Assembly (NCBI GenBank): GCA_043808425.1
Contig: JAZDEW010000023.1
Span: 1-52,585, forward strand
DNA length: 52,585 nt
From: Candidatus Omnitrophota bacterium
GTDB lineage: Bacteria; Omnitrophota; Gorgyraeia; Gygaellales; Profunditerraquicolaceae
Direction: 5' to 3'
Shown here: positions 9,570 through 19,369 of the stretch, one piece after another
Layout of the letters: each line of letters starts with the position of its first letter
Numbering within the stretch: position 1 is the first letter of the stretch
Translations under genes and position numbers: made by a program
Notes under the pieces: model-generated
The model's input: only the letters and a program-made list of their open reading frames with translations
Databases searched by the model: none
What the model was told of the DNA's origin: nothing

Positions 9570-11969
9570 TTAGAACCCGTGACTGGCGCTGAAATGAAAC
9601 CGGCCGCTCTTTTTAGTATCCTCGCCAGCGGTTTTATCCATCGGTATACCGTAATCCAGCATGATCGGGCCGATGGGAGTATTAATACGCAAACCTAGGC
9701 CTATGCCGGATTTTAAGCCTCCGGTATTCAGAGGGCCAGTTGCATCTTCGGAAGAAAAAATATCCCCTAATTTGTTCCAAACATTACCGACATCATAAAA
9801 AGCCGCGACTTTTAAAAAACTAAATAAAGGATAGGTGTACTCAATATTACCCACGGCCATCGACGCGCCGCCCAAAGGAGCCGAGTCTGAACCAACCGGG
9901 CCCACGCTTCTTTCCTCGTAACCTCTAATCGTATAGGCGCCGCCGGCAAAAAATCTTTCAGAGATCGGTATTTTTTCTGTACTGCTATAAGGCTGCGCCA
10001 ACCCTAACCTGCCTCTTAGCTCAAGCACGGCACCACGGGGCATGGGAAAATAATGTGAAGCCCGTCCAAAAAGTTTCCAATAATTTTTATCTCCTCCGAG
10101 CGGGCCGCCGGCAAAATCAAACGCGCCGGTAAGCAAATTACCTTTCCGGGTGTTGAAAACATTATCTCTGGAATCATAAGTCAGGCTGGGAGTAATCACG
10201 CTAACCAAATAAGGGCTATCTCGCGCCTCATCATTTAAATCAGCAGAAGAACTATCCGCCAGATTACTAATATCTATTTGATCTAAACGATAGGCGAGAT
10301 CGCTTCTTAAATATTCAGATACCTCCTTGCCCAAACGTAAGTCACCTCCGGTCACCGTTTCATCATACCCATATCCTGAGCTGGTATCGCGCGTATGCGC
10401 GCGGCGGTATAAATCAAAACCGAAAGAAACCGGATAATTAAACATCCAGGGCTCGGTAAAACTTAATTCAAAACCATTGCTTAAATTACCAATGGAGGCG
10501 CGCACCTTTAGATTCTGCCCGGCGCCGGTAAAATAAGGCCAGTTCCTCCAATCAAAGTTCTTCTGCTCAACTTCTATAAAACCTACAAACTGATCAACGG
10601 TGCTATAGCCGCCGCCAAAGCTAAAAGCTCCGGTCTTAGTTTCTTTGACCTCCACCACTAAATTCTTTTTATCCGGCTGGGCCGTCTCCTCGGTATCATA
10701 ACTGATCTCTTCAAAATATCCTAAATTTGTCAGCCTTTCCTTGCTCCGGCGCAGCTTATCCCCATCAAACCTCTCCCCGGGGTGAATCCTCATTTCCCGG
10801 CGGATAACCACATCTTTAGTTTTAATATTGCCCCGGATCTTAAGCTTATCCACATAAACAACCTGATTTTCCGTAATTCCATAGGTTATATCTACGCGCC
10901 CGGTATCGGAGTTAACGATCATGGACTCCTGGATCCGCGCGGAAATATAACCCCGGTCAAAATATAAACCCTGAACGCTCATAATATCTTTCTTCATTGC
11001 CTCGCTGCTAAAAACCTTGCCCGGCAGGCAATCGCTTAAGCGGCTTAAGATTTCTTTTTCCGTAATATCCTTATTTCCGTTCACCATAACCGAGCCGACA
11101 AGATATTTCTTTCCCTCATCAACCTTGATCGTAATATACAACAAATATGACAGTTTAGCGTCCGGATTAACTTCATATGCTGCCACCACATCCGTATAGC
11201 CTTCGCGCTGATAAAATGATTTGACGCGCTCCATATCCTCTTTCAACACTTCATCCTTTAAGACCCCGGCGTTAAAAAACCAGCCGCGTTTAGTTTTAAG
11301 CAATTTCAAGATACGGCCCTTAGAAAAATTATTATTACCCTCAACCAGGATATCTTTAATGCGCACCTTCTTGCCCTCAACAACCGTAAAAACTATATTT
11401 GCTTTATTGGCCTGAGTATCCTGGTCGACTTTATAAGTAATCCGCGCCTGGCTATAACCTATTTTTTCATACATTTTTTTTAATGTCCGCGCGTCTTCGC
11501 TTAAAGACGGATAATCCAAATACTGAGTTTCTTTAGATTTTAGCTGCTGTTTCAATTTCTCATCCTTCATAGTGATAAGATTAATCCCCGAAAAATTAAT
11601 CTTGCCGATAATCGGCCTTTCCACGACGCTCAATATAATCTTTAAACCATCTTTATAATCCCGGGTATCGATTTTGATATCGCTGAAAAAACCCAATAGA
11701 TATAATCTTTTTAAATCGTCGCTAACAATATTTTCCTGATAAGCGCTGCCGATACGCGTCTTCATCTTAGAGACAATAACATTAGTACTAATGGATTTAT
11801 TACCCGTAACCTCTATGGCGGTAACATTTTTTAATACCGCGGGGAGATCTTCGGAGGCAACGGAAGCTTCTTGCTCAATCTGGTTCTGTGGATTTTCTTC
11901 CGCAAAAACAAAAAAGTGGCTATGCAAAAGAAACAGGGCCGCCAAAAGTGTAAGAATAGATTTACGCAT
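9570..11969 (-). CDS. bamA: Outer membrane protein assembly factor BamA
   Basis: Five POTRA-like repeats, ERFFAGGAYTIRGY, TPIGPIMLDYG, C-terminal Phe. Confidence 0.96.
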   Translation of the reverse strand: MRKSILTLLAALFLLHSHFFVFAEENPQNQIEQEASVASEDLPAVLKNVTAIEVTGNKSISTNVIVSKMKTRIGSAYQENIVSDDLKRLYLLGFFSDIKIDTRDYKDGLKIILSVVERPIIGKINFSGINLITMKDEKLKQQLKSKETQYLDYPSLSEDARTLKKMYEKIGYSQARITYKVDQDTQANKANIVFTVVEGKKVRIKDILVEGNNNFSKGRILKLLKTKRGWFFNAGVLKDEVLKEDMERVKSFYQREGYTDVVAAYEVNPDAKLSYLLYITIKVDEGKKYLVGSVMVNGNKDITEKEILSRLSDCLPGKVFSSEAMKKDIMSVQGLYFDRGYISARIQESMIVNSDTGRVDITYGITENQVVYVDKLKIRGNIKTKDVVIRREMRIHPGERFDGDKLRRSKERLTNLGYFEEISYDTEETAQPDKKNLVVEVKETKTGAFSFGGGYSTVDQFVGFIEVEQKNFDWRNWPYFTGAGQNLKVRASIGNLSNGFELSFTEPWMFNYPVSFGFDLYRRAHTRDTSSGYGYDETVTGGDLRLGKEVSEYLRSDLAYRLDQIDISNLADSSSADLNDEARDSPYLVSVITPSLTYDSRDNVFNTRKGNLLTGAFDFAGGPLGGDKNYWKLFGRASHYFPMPRGAVLELRGRLGLAQPYSSTEKIPISERFFAGGAYTIRGYEERSVGPVGSDSAPLGGASMAVGNIEYTYPLFSFLKVAAFYDVGNVWNKLGDIFSSEDATGPLNTGGLKSGIGLGLRINTPIGPIMLDYGIPMDKTAGEDTKKSGRFHFSASHGF

Positions 11970-11975
11970 TCAATT

Positions 11976-12004
11976 ATTATATAGGAACATATTCCGCAAA
12001 TCAA
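11976..12004 (-). promoter_or_regulatory. Putative bamA promoter, leaderless geometry
   Basis: TTGATT-17 bp-TATAAT-6 nt-ATG; no SD. Confidence 0.55.
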
Positions 12005-12033
12005 TGCAATTTATCCGCGGTATCAAAATAATT

Positions 12034-13374
12034 TTATTCAACCCGGGATAAATTATCAAACCTGGTAAACTCCTTAATAAAAGCCAGCTTCAAAGACCCC
12101 ACCGGGCCATTGCGCTGTTTAGCAATAATAGCTTCGGCGATGCCTTGATTATCCGGAGAAGGGTTGTAATACTCCTCCCTTAAAATCAGCACCACCACAT
12201 CCGCGTCCTGCTCGATTGCCCCGGACTCTCTTAAATCTGAAAGTTGCGGCCGATGGTCTGTACGCGACTCCACCGCCCGGGATAGCTGGCTAATCGCGAT
12301 CACCGGCACATTCAGCTCTCTGGCTAAAGCCTTCAACGAACGTGAAATTTCAGAAATCTCCTGCTGCCTGCTTTCCATGTTCATGCTTGAGCCGCGCATT
12401 AACTGCATGTAGTCTAAAATAATTAATTTTATACCATGGTGTGATTTTAAGCGCCGGGCTCTGGCGCGCAGCTCCATCACCGAGATCGCCGGAGTATCGT
12501 CAATAAATATCGGCGCCTCAGAAAGCTTTCCGGCCGCCGCGGTCAAACGCGGCCAATCACTAGTAGCCAAATACCCGGTTCTTACTTTGTGCGCGTCCAC
12601 CCGCGCGTGCGAACAAAGCATCCTTTGCACCAATTGCTCCTTAGACATCTCCAGGCTAAAAATCGCCATCGGCACCTTCTCAATTACTCCGGCATATTCG
12701 GCAATCCCTAAAGCAAAAGCGCTCTTACCCATCGAAGGCCTGCCGGCGATAATAATTAAATCTGAAGGCTGCATTCCGGCGGTTTTTATATCAAAATCTA
12801 TGTAACCGGTAGGTATTCCGGTAACGTGCGCCTTATTTTGATAAAGCCGGTCAATAGTTTCAATACTTTCCTTAACAATTTCTTTAAGCTGCAAATAGGT
12901 ACCTTGATTTTTACGGTCGCTGACCTCAAAAATAAGTTTCTCAGCGGTATCCACGACTTCATCCACATTTCCCTGGCTCTCATGACAAACAGTAATAATT
13001 TTAGTAGAATTATTGATTAAAGTTCTTAAAATATATTTTTCACGCACAATCCCGGCATAATGATTAATATTCGCCGCGGTGGGAACGGCATTGGCCAAAA
13101 AAGTTAAATAGCTTGCCCCGCCGATCTGGTCTAACGCGCCATCTCTCTTTAAAGCATCCGCCAGAGTGATTAGATCCACCGCTTTATTCGTATTATAAAG
13201 ATCGCTGATTGCCTGAAAAATCTTACGATGGGTATCTTTATAAAAGCAGGAGGCATCCAATTTCTCCGCGGAAATCGAAACTGCCTCTTCATCGAGCAGC
13301 ATGGATCCGAGTACCGCCATTTCCGCGTCTAAATTTTGAGGGGGGATTTTATCTAAAATTAAGTCTTTGGCCAT
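12034..13374 (-). CDS. dnaB: Replicative DNA helicase DnaB
   Basis: PPQNLDAEMAVLG, AGRPSMGKS, SLEMS, DYMQLM, DLRESGAIEQDAD, KQRNGP; no intein. Confidence 0.97.
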   Translation of the reverse strand: MAKDLILDKIPPQNLDAEMAVLGSMLLDEEAVSISAEKLDASCFYKDTHRKIFQAISDLYNTNKAVDLITLADALKRDGALDQIGGASYLTFLANAVPTAANINHYAGIVREKYILRTLINNSTKIITVCHESQGNVDEVVDTAEKLIFEVSDRKNQGTYLQLKEIVKESIETIDRLYQNKAHVTGIPTGYIDFDIKTAGMQPSDLIIIAGRPSMGKSAFALGIAEYAGVIEKVPMAIFSLEMSKEQLVQRMLCSHARVDAHKVRTGYLATSDWPRLTAAAGKLSEAPIFIDDTPAISVMELRARARRLKSHHGIKLIILDYMQLMRGSSMNMESRQQEISEISRSLKALARELNVPVIAISQLSRAVESRTDHRPQLSDLRESGAIEQDADVVVLILREEYYNPSPDNQGIAEAIIAKQRNGPVGSLKLAFIKEFTRFDNLSRVE

Positions 13375-13413
13375 ATATAATTTTACAACTTTCAACTTAC
13401 AACAGCTTCCAAA

Positions 13414-13857
13414 CTACTTTTTCACGACCCACAGTTTAATCTTGGCAATGACATCCGCCTGCAGCCTCACCGGTATCTCATAAATTCCTAAAGATTTTAT
13501 CGGTTCAGTCAGATCAATAATATTTTTATTAATCATAAACCCTTCTGCTTGCAGGGCCTCGGCTATTTCATGTACGTTAATACTGCCATACAGCTTTTCT
13601 TCACCTTGAGTTAACGCGGGAATAGTTAAAGTCAGCGTACTTAAGCGCTGCTTAACCAATTCGGACTCTGCTTTAATTTTAGCAGATTGCGCGAATTGAA
13701 TAAGCTGGCCTTGCTTTAATTTTTTAAGGCTGCCGGGCGTAGCCGGCTTAGCTAAGTTTTGCGGAAAAAGAAAATTCCTGGCAAACCCCTCTTTAACGCA
13801 AACCACTGTGCCTGCCCGGCCAATCTTTTCTACGTCTTGAATTAAGATTACTTCCAT
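13414..13857 (-). CDS. rplI: 50S ribosomal protein L9
   Basis: MEVILIQDV..GFARNFL, KLYGSI, PIKSLG. Confidence 0.96.
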   Translation of the reverse strand: MEVILIQDVEKIGRAGTVVCVKEGFARNFLFPQNLAKPATPGSLKKLKQGQLIQFAQSAKIKAESELVKQRLSTLTLTIPALTQGEEKLYGSINVHEIAEALQAEGFMINKNIIDLTEPIKSLGIYEIPVRLQADVIAKIKLWVVKK

Positions 13858-13863
13858 TTTAGC

Positions 13864-14139
13864 TTAGCGAACGTAAGGAAGCAGGGATAAAAATCTCGCC
13901 TTATTAATCAGCTCTTTAATTCTTCTCTGATGCTTAGCGCAATTACCGGAAAAACGGCTGGCGTTGATCTTGCCTTTCTCGGTCATAAAAACCTCCAGCC
14001 TCTTGATATCTTTATAATCAATGCTGCCTAGCTTATCCGCGCAAAACCGGCAAAATCTTTTCCTTACCGGGCCCAGCGCGTCCTTCTTCTTTTTAATAAT
14101 TTTTTTGTCCTTGCCAAAACCTCTGGTTTTAACCTTCAT
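13864..14139 (-). CDS. rpsR: 30S ribosomal protein S18 (Zn-binding type)
   Basis: CRFC, IDYKD, GNCAKHQR, ARFLSLLPY. Confidence 0.95.
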   Translation of the reverse strand: MKVKTRGFGKDKKIIKKKKDALGPVRKRFCRFCADKLGSIDYKDIKRLEVFMTEKGKINASRFSGNCAKHQRRIKELINKARFLSLLPYVR

Positions 14140-14578
14140 GTGTTTCATCCTCGCTTTCTGCTAACCATGTTGATTCACTGCTTGGTTCCTCGACTGATAC
14201 CTCAGGCTGCGCCGGGCTAGCCGGGATGGATGCCTTCGCTTGACCCCCCGGAGAACCCATAAATTGCACGCGTTCCGCCCGAACCTCAATCACCGAGCGC
14301 TTAGCCCCGGTATTGTCCTCCCAAGAACGCGATTGCAGCCGGCCCTCAACAAAAATACCGCTTCCTTTATGTAAATATTGATTGCATGTTTCTGCTTGTT
14401 TATTCCAAACAACGGCGGTGATAAAACAAACATCTTCTTTTAGCTCTTGATCTTTAGTGCGGTATTTACGATTTACCGCCAAACGTAAATTAGCCACCGC
14501 CATTCCGGCCGAAGTATAACGCAGCTCCGGGTCCTTAGTAAGATTGCCCATTAACAACACTTTATTATAACTAGCCAT
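14129..14578 (-). CDS. ssb: Single-stranded DNA-binding protein
   Basis: NKVLLMGNLTKDPELRYT, VEGRLQSRSWED; rpsF-ssb-rpsR synteny. Confidence 0.96.
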   Translation of the reverse strand: MASYNKVLLMGNLTKDPELRYTSAGMAVANLRLAVNRKYRTKDQELKEDVCFITAVVWNKQAETCNQYLHKGSGIFVEGRLQSRSWEDNTGAKRSVIEVRAERVQFMGSPGGQAKASIPASPAQPEVSVEEPSSESTWLAESEDETHEG

Positions 14579-14601
14579 ATTAACCTCCTATGTTAATTAT
14601 T

Positions 14602-14651
14602 AAATCCGAAATCCTAAACCCTAAATAAACCTGAAACCCTGAATCCGAAAC
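14602..14651. repeat. Degenerate heptamer tandem repeat
   Basis: AAATCCG AAATCCT AAACCCT AAAT AAACCTG AAACCCT GAATCCG. Confidence 0.65.
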
Positions 14652-14705
14652 AAAACTTTAATTCTAAGTTATATTCGAGTTTCCTGCTTTAAAATTTGTC
14701 TAGCC

Positions 14706-14996
14706 TTAAATATCCATCCGCGTAAATAAAACTCTTAGAATATTCTCATTAAGCTTATAAATGTTGCCTACTTCTTTAATTGCTCCGGCTGGAGCAACAA
14801 AAGCCGCCAAATAATAAATTCCTTCCATAAATTTTTTGATCGGAAAATATAATTTACGCCTCTCTGACCAAATTCCTGACTGAGAAATCTGCCCGCCATT
14901 CTTGATCACCGCGTCATCGATCTGCTTAAATAACGCTTTTTTATCCTCATCAGATAAATCCGGCTTGATAATTACCATCGCTTCATACTTATTCAT
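14706..14996 (-). CDS. rpsF: 30S ribosomal protein S6
   Basis: YEAMVIIKPDL, RKLYFPIKK..EGIYY, NENILR. Confidence 0.95.
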   Translation of the reverse strand: MNKYEAMVIIKPDLSDEDKKALFKQIDDAVIKNGGQISQSGIWSERRKLYFPIKKFMEGIYYLAAFVAPAGAIKEVGNIYKLNENILRVLFTRMDI

Positions 14997-15040
14997 CCCG
15001 CACCTTCTTTCTGTTAATTAGTTTTAATTCTACTTCCTGC

Positions 15041-15073
15041 ATCTGCCGCCTGCCTGACGGCAGTCAGGCAGAT
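15041..15073. repeat. Palindromic repeat (CTGCCGCCTGCYTGACGRCAGTCAGG family), copy 2
   Basis: ATCTGCCGCCTGCCTGACGGCAGTCAGGCAGAT hairpin; matches 3618-3658. Confidence 0.7.
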
Positions 15074-15634
15074 TTAATTAAATATGTTCATCGTTTGCGC
15101 AATGCCCTTCTCCACCCAGCTCATACAGCAGCTAGCCGCATCTTCTTCTATCCGCTTAACGGTTACTTTTTCCTTACGTAAAAAACCTGAGAGCACATAC
15201 TCCGCGGCATCTTGCGCGCTTTTCGGCCGTCCGATTCCAATACGCAAACGGCTAAAATTCTGTGTCCCCAAATGTTCAATAATCGATTTTAGTCCGCGCT
15301 GGCCGCCGCTTGAACCCTGCGGGCGAATCTTCATTTTACCCAGCTCTAAATCTAAATCATCGCAGACCACCAGGAGATCTTTTGAATCAACCTTAAATTT
15401 CTTAAGCAAAGCCTTGATGGGTATGCCGCTTAAATTCATATAACTTTGCGGTAAAGCTAAAACTACATTCTGCTGGAGCAATTTATCTTTAGCCACTAAC
15501 GAGGAAACCGAGCTATCTCTTTTAAAATTAATTTTTAAAGAGCTGGCTAAAGATTTCAAAACCGCAAAACCAATATTATGCCGGCTTCCGGCATAAATTA
15601 ATCCGGGATTCCCCAATCCTACAATTAGCTTCAT
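15074..15634 (-). CDS. pth: Peptidyl-tRNA hydrolase
   Basis: MKLIVGLGNPG, RHNIGF, YMNLSG, RLRIGIGRP. Confidence 0.96.
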   Translation of the reverse strand: MKLIVGLGNPGLIYAGSRHNIGFAVLKSLASSLKINFKRDSSVSSLVAKDKLLQQNVVLALPQSYMNLSGIPIKALLKKFKVDSKDLLVVCDDLDLELGKMKIRPQGSSGGQRGLKSIIEHLGTQNFSRLRIGIGRPKSAQDAAEYVLSGFLRKEKVTVKRIEEDAASCCMSWVEKGIAQTMNIFN

Positions 15635-15671
15635 TGACAAACAATATTTGTGTAATGTGTAACACAATAAT

Positions 15672-16406
15672 CTATTTTTTTTCTGTTTTTTCTTTTACCT
15701 CTTGCGCTGCTTCAGAAGGAATCTCCTTCTTTTCTTTAATTACCTCGGGCTCCTTCGCGTCCTCCCCTTCAACAGCCTCAGCCGGCGCCTCTTCCTTCAT
15801 CGGAGCAGCCACATGCAGAACAATCGAAGCCAAGTCATTTAAAGGCTTAACTCCCGATGGGAAAACTATATCCTTGATATGAATAGCCTCCCCCATTTTA
15901 AGCGCAGTAATATCTACCTGTATATCTTTGGGAATATTTGTAGGTAAACATTCTACTTCGATTTCCCAAAGCAAATGCTCTAAAGACCCACCCTCCTGTT
16001 TGACGCCAATCGCCTCACCCTTAACCTGAATAGGAACATTAACCTTAATTGCCTCGGTTAAAGAGATCTCATTAAAATCCACATGGATGATATCTTCACG
16101 CACCGGATCATACTGAATTTCTTTAACCAGGCAAGGCCGGCTTTGGGCCTTTTTATGGCTTTGGCTATTGGAAGCCAAACCATTGTCCTCTGACTTACCA
16201 TCTTTAATCTTTAAATTAATAATTACGCTTTCTAAACGATACTGATGCACTAATTTTAAAAGCGCGCTCCGGGAAATTTTTACCGATAAGGCATCTTGAC
16301 CGTGAAAATAAACCACTGCCGGCAAATAACCGCTCTCTCTTAAATCTTTAGTATTGGCCCTTCCTCTACCCTCTCTTAATTCTGCTTCCAAAACGATCTC
16401 TTCCAT
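15672..16406 (-). CDS. rplY: 50S ribosomal protein L25/Ctc
   Basis: LRESGYLPAVVY, KEIQYDPV..HVDF, GVKQEGG, EPEVIKEKK. Confidence 0.95.
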   Translation of the reverse strand: MEEIVLEAELREGRGRANTKDLRESGYLPAVVYFHGQDALSVKISRSALLKLVHQYRLESVIINLKIKDGKSEDNGLASNSQSHKKAQSRPCLVKEIQYDPVREDIIHVDFNEISLTEAIKVNVPIQVKGEAIGVKQEGGSLEHLLWEIEVECLPTNIPKDIQVDITALKMGEAIHIKDIVFPSGVKPLNDLASIVLHVAAPMKEEAPAEAVEGEDAKEPEVIKEKKEIPSEAAQEVKEKTEKK

Positions 16407-16512
16407 TTTAACCTTTCTTAATGAGCCCGCCTTCAATTTAGCGGCGGCAAATTAACCCCAGGCCCAGATAAAAATTAGGCACTAATGTTTTCTGGGTGCG
16501 GGGCTTTCTCTT

Positions 16513-17451
16513 TTAATCAAATAAACAGCTAACTGATTCTTCGTTATGTATTCTTTTTATTGCTTCCGCCAAAAGATTGCCCACCGAAAGCACCTGAATT
16601 TTTGGATTTTTATTTTGAGCCGATAAAGGCACACTATCGGAGATAAGCAGCTTCTCTAACCCCTTACACTGATCAATGCGCTCAATTGCCGGCCCCGATA
16701 AAACGCCATGAGCAATTGCCGCGTAAATAGTTTTAGCCTTGGCTTTCTTTAAGGCCTCCACCGCCTCAATCAACGAGCTGCCGGTAGCCACCATATCATC
16801 AACAATAATTACATTTTTATTCTCTACATCTCCCATGATATGTATCGCTTCGGCCTTCTCCGGAGAAACCCGGCGTTTATCAATAATCGCCAGGCCGGAG
16901 GAAACTCTTTTGGCATAAGCCCTGGCCATCTTAATACTTCCCACATCAGGAGAAACCGCCACCAGGTCTTTAAGATTCATTTTAGAGAAATAATCCACGA
17001 ATACCCCCACCGAAAATAGATGGTCCACGGGAATATCAAAAAAACCCTGAATTTGGCCGGCGTGTAAATCCATCGTCAAAATCCGATTTGCTCCGGCGAC
17101 CGTTAAAAGATTAGCCACTAATTTTGCCGTAATCGGCACGCGCGGCTGATCCTTCCGGTCCTGACGCGCGTAACCAAAATAAGGAATAACCGCGGTAATC
17201 CGGTGCGCGGAGGCGCGCCGCAACGCGTCAATCATAATTAATAGTTCCATAAGATTATCATTTGAAGGCGGGCAGGTCGGCTGAACAATAAAAACATCCT
17301 TACCGCGCACATTCTCATTAATCTTAACCCGAATCTCTCCTTCGCTAAATCTGCCCACCAGGGCATCCTGCAATTCTACCTTTAGATCTTTACAGATATT
17401 ATGCGCTAACTCCAAGTTTGCATTACCGCTAAAAACCGCTAGTTTATCCAT
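16513..17451 (-). CDS. prs: Ribose-phosphate pyrophosphokinase
   Basis: PYFGYARQDRK, DLHAGQIQGFF, IIVDDMVATG. Confidence 0.97.
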   Translation of the reverse strand: MDKLAVFSGNANLELAHNICKDLKVELQDALVGRFSEGEIRVKINENVRGKDVFIVQPTCPPSNDNLMELLIMIDALRRASAHRITAVIPYFGYARQDRKDQPRVPITAKLVANLLTVAGANRILTMDLHAGQIQGFFDIPVDHLFSVGVFVDYFSKMNLKDLVAVSPDVGSIKMARAYAKRVSSGLAIIDKRRVSPEKAEAIHIMGDVENKNVIIVDDMVATGSSLIEAVEALKKAKAKTIYAAIAHGVLSGPAIERIDQCKGLEKLLISDSVPLSAQNKNPKIQVLSVGNLLAEAIKRIHNEESVSCLFD

Positions 17452-17485
17452 AATTTACCCCGCTATTATTTCAAAAACCCTTACT

Positions 17486-17535
17486 GTCATTCCCGCAAAA
17501 GCGGGAATCTAGTTCCCCGTTTTCGCGGGGATGAC
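17486..17535. repeat. REP/dRS3-like palindromic element, copy 3
   Basis: GTCATTCCCGCAAAAGCGGGAATCTAGTTCCCCGTTTTCGCGGGGATGAC. Confidence 0.85.
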
Positions 17536-17547
17536 GCGCTTGGCGCG

Positions 17548-18810
17548 TCACTTTTTCTTCATAATTCTCGCCGGAACACCCACCACCACTGCCTTATCCG
17601 GAATATCTTTCGTTACCACCGAACCTGCCCCGGTAACGGCAAATTTACCAATGGTCACCGGAGCAACAATGATCGTATCCGAGCCGACTTTAACATTATC
17701 TTTGATCACCGTAAAGTTCTTATTTAAGCCGTCAAAATTAGCCGTAACCGTCCCTGCTCCGATATTCACGCTTGAGCCGACAGTGCTATCTCCGATATAA
17801 GAAAAATGTTTTACGAATGTTTTCGCGCCGATCTTGGCACGCACCATTTCAATGAAGTTGCCGGCGGTGACATTATCGCCTAGCTCGACACCTTCACGCA
17901 GGTGCGCAAAAGGGCCGACTGAACAACGTTTTCCAATTTTAACATCTCTTTCAATGACTGTAAAGGGATAAATTACCGTATCCCGGCCAATTTTAGTGCC
18001 GAAATTAATAAAAGCCGACCCCGTATCCACTAGCGTTACTCCCTCCTGCATCAATTTGTCATTAATTATTTTCTGCATAAGAACGTTGGCGCCGGTTAAC
18101 TCCACGCGCGTATTGATTCCTAACGCCTCCTGAGCATCCGGGGCCTTTACGCCATCAACTAAAAAACGCCTTTTAGCTAAAATCGCGATTAAATCCGTTA
18201 AATAATATTCTTTTTTGCGGTTATTCGGCCGGATATATTTTAAATTATTCTCCAGTACCGCTTTTTTAAAGGCCATAATCCCGGTATTAATTTCCTTAAT
18301 CTCCTTCTGCACCTCATCCGCGTCCTTCTCTTCAATGATACCGCAAATACTAGAATATTTATCGCGCATAATCCGGCCATAGCCAAAAGGTTTTTTCAGT
18401 TGCGCGGTCAACAAAGTGGCGTCGACATTATTAATTAAGTGATAATCTAGGAGTTTTTTAAGTGTATCTTTCTTTAAAAGAGGAGCATCTCCGTAAAGCA
18501 CCAGCACCATACCCTTAAAACCTTTTAAAGCCGATAAACCTGTTTTTACCGCATCCGCGGTTCCACTAAGTTTCTTTTGAACAGCCACCTTTACGCCTTT
18601 AGGAATAATTTTTCGCACCAGCTCCTGCTTATACCCTAAAACCGCAACCACCTGCTTAGGTTTTAAACCAGCTGCCAAATCCAAAACATAGCCTAAGATC
18701 GGCCGGCCGCAAAGCAAATGCAGCACTTTAGGGATGTCGGATTTCATGCGCGTACTTTTACCCGCGGCTAAAATTATTACCGCGATCTCTTTTTTTATGC
18801 TCTTGGCCAT
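17548..18810 (-). CDS. glmU: Bifunctional GlmU
   Basis: LAAGKSTRMKS..PKVLH, GYGRI, EYYLTD, C-terminal hexapeptide domain NIGAGTVTANFDG. Confidence 0.95.
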   Translation of the reverse strand: MAKSIKKEIAVIILAAGKSTRMKSDIPKVLHLLCGRPILGYVLDLAAGLKPKQVVAVLGYKQELVRKIIPKGVKVAVQKKLSGTADAVKTGLSALKGFKGMVLVLYGDAPLLKKDTLKKLLDYHLINNVDATLLTAQLKKPFGYGRIMRDKYSSICGIIEEKDADEVQKEIKEINTGIMAFKKAVLENNLKYIRPNNRKKEYYLTDLIAILAKRRFLVDGVKAPDAQEALGINTRVELTGANVLMQKIINDKLMQEGVTLVDTGSAFINFGTKIGRDTVIYPFTVIERDVKIGKRCSVGPFAHLREGVELGDNVTAGNFIEMVRAKIGAKTFVKHFSYIGDSTVGSSVNIGAGTVTANFDGLNKNFTVIKDNVKVGSDTIIVAPVTIGKFAVTGAGSVVTKDIPDKAVVVGVPARIMKKK

Positions 18811-18864
18811 TTTTTTTCTTTAGCCCTCCTAGCTACAGCAGGATCTTGCCACAATATGTTTTTA

Positions 18865-18935
18865 TTGGGACGCATGGATTCGAACCATGATAGCCAGACC
18901 CAAATTCTGGAGTCCTACCATTGGACGACGTCCCA
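18865..18935 (-). tRNA. tRNA-Gln(TTG)
   Basis: TGGGACGTCGTCCAATGGTAGGAC..CCAGA-AT-TTG-GG-TCTGG..GGTTCGAATCC..CGTCCCA; U1-A72 pair. Confidence 0.93.
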
Positions 18936-18939
18936 GTTC

Positions 18940-19341
18940 TTATCTTGCCAGAGGCGGCTGTGCCTTATCTTTTTCCTGGGCATAAGCTTCCAGAATTTTT
19001 TTCTGCAGGTGCTCTCTAAATAGCTGCGTTATCGGATGAGCAATATCTCGATGTTCAGCCTGGCTGCCAGATACCGCCTCGGCGCGTTGCGGATTAATAT
19101 CCGCCGGCAAGAGCCCGGCACATTGATTACAATATTTACTGCGCAATTCATTCTTAAAAGCACACTTAGGACAGGCATGCTTTACTTTACGCGAAGGCAT
19201 AGCAATAAATAAACCCGTACCCCCTTCGATTAACTTAATATCTCTAACCACAAAAACATTATCAAAGGTAACCGTAGCGTAGGCCTTTAACTTTTTATCT
19301 TGAGATTCTTTTAATATTACCCTAACTTCCGTTACCTCCAC
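18940..19341 (-). CDS. spoVG: SpoVG family protein with inserted zinc ribbon
   Basis: MEVTEVRV, KLKAYATVTFD, GLFIAMPSRK, CPKC...CNQC, DIAHPI; GTG start after GAGGAGG. Confidence 0.92.
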   Translation of the reverse strand: MEVTEVRVILKESQDKKLKAYATVTFDNVFVVRDIKLIEGGTGLFIAMPSRKVKHACPKCAFKNELRSKYCNQCAGLLPADINPQRAEAVSGSQAEHRDIAHPITQLFREHLQKKILEAYAQEKDKAQPPLAR

Positions 19342-19369
19342 CCCCGCCTCCTCTTACTACTGTTGATCA

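Noticed and set aside
18940-19341. Zinc-ribbon insertion in SpoVG as a novelty
   Set aside because: Recalled as a recurring variant in Planctomycetes-related lineages
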